Assembly: GCF_902713615.1 (NCBI RefSeq)
Contig: NC_052152.1
Coordinates: forward strand, 51,497,810-51,561,809
Reading direction: 5' to 3'
DNA length: 64,000 nt
Source of the DNA: Scyliorhinus canicula
Taxonomy: Eukaryota
Part shown: positions 63,390 through 64,000 of the stretch, one piece after another
Layout: each line of letters starts with the position of its first letter
How positions within the stretch are numbered: position 1 is the stretch's first letter
The notes under the pieces: generated by a model
The model's input: only the letters and a program-made list of their open reading frames with translations
Databases searched by the model: none
Told to the model about the DNA's origin: nothing
Made by a program: the position numbers and the translations under genes

Positions 63390-63828
63390 ATATCTGACAT
63401 TGATGGCCTCCAGGATGAGGAAAGGTGATGTAAAGGCCTGGCTGATCAAGGCTAGAAGATATTTCTGGAAGTTCAAGAAGCTAATGGGAGGAGGCAAAGA
63501 TTTAGGCACACTATTATTACCCAATGGTTTAGAACAAAGAACTAAATACGATATTGGACATTTTGTATGTAAATAAATCTAAAAGTTGCAATAGGGAGAG
63601 GTAATCGTATAATCCTATTGTCACTGGACAGTATCCAGAGATGTAGGGTAAGGCACTGGGGACCTGGATCTGGATTCCACTATAGTAGATGGTGAAATTC
63701 AATAAGAGTCTGGAATTAAACGTTTAGTGTTGTCAATTATTGTAAAAACCATCTGCCATCTGGTTCACTCATTTATTTTTGGGAGTGAAATCTGCCATTC
63801 TGGTCTGGCCGACATTTGAATCATAGAT

Positions 63829-64000
63829 CATCATAGAATTTACAGTGCAGAAGGAGGCCATTTGGCCCATCGAGTCTGCACCAGCCCTTGAAATAGCACC
63901 CCACTTAAGCCCACACCTGCACCCAATCCCTGTAAGCCCACCTAACCTCTTTGGACACTAAGGGCAATTTAGCATGGCCAATCCACTTAACCTGCACATC
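63829..64000 (-). mobile_element. HE1-like SINE 3' part
   Basis: Tail and core running off the window end. Confidence 0.8.

Larger units (their letters stand above)
54936..63477. repeat. Local segmental duplication, unit B (interrupted by Gypsy and L1)
   Basis: Matches unit A on both sides of each insertion and runs on into unique sequence after gaagttcaag. Confidence 0.9.

Overview
This is repeat-dense vertebrate DNA, not prokaryotic. The HE1/V-SINE-like, CR1 and fish-type L1 content suggests a cartilaginous fish, probably a shark (inference). One host gene is recoverable on the minus strand: a B7/butyrophilin-like Ig-superfamily gene. Its well-supported exons are leader 33703-33755, IgV 30053-30394 and IgC 10249-10536, all with GT-AG sites and compatible phases. 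Less certain are a candidate first exon supplying only the AT of a split ATG (three tandem copies ending at 51963, 53961, 55497) and a candidate short last exon starting at 6914; I found no transmembrane or B30.2 exon. The rest is mostly nested TEs: 5'-truncated L1s with TSDs, CR1 fragments including one long interrupted copy, SINEs, hAT and Harbinger-type MITEs, two Gypsy LTR retrotransposons, two solo LTRs and several minisatellites. The most striking signal is that neither Gypsy element has a tRNA primer-binding site. In its place each has a 12-13 nt perfect reverse complement of its own LTR ATTAAA region, with compensatory changes between the two families, suggesting self-priming and/or masking of the 5' poly(A) signal. 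TE fragment boundaries without TSDs are approximate.
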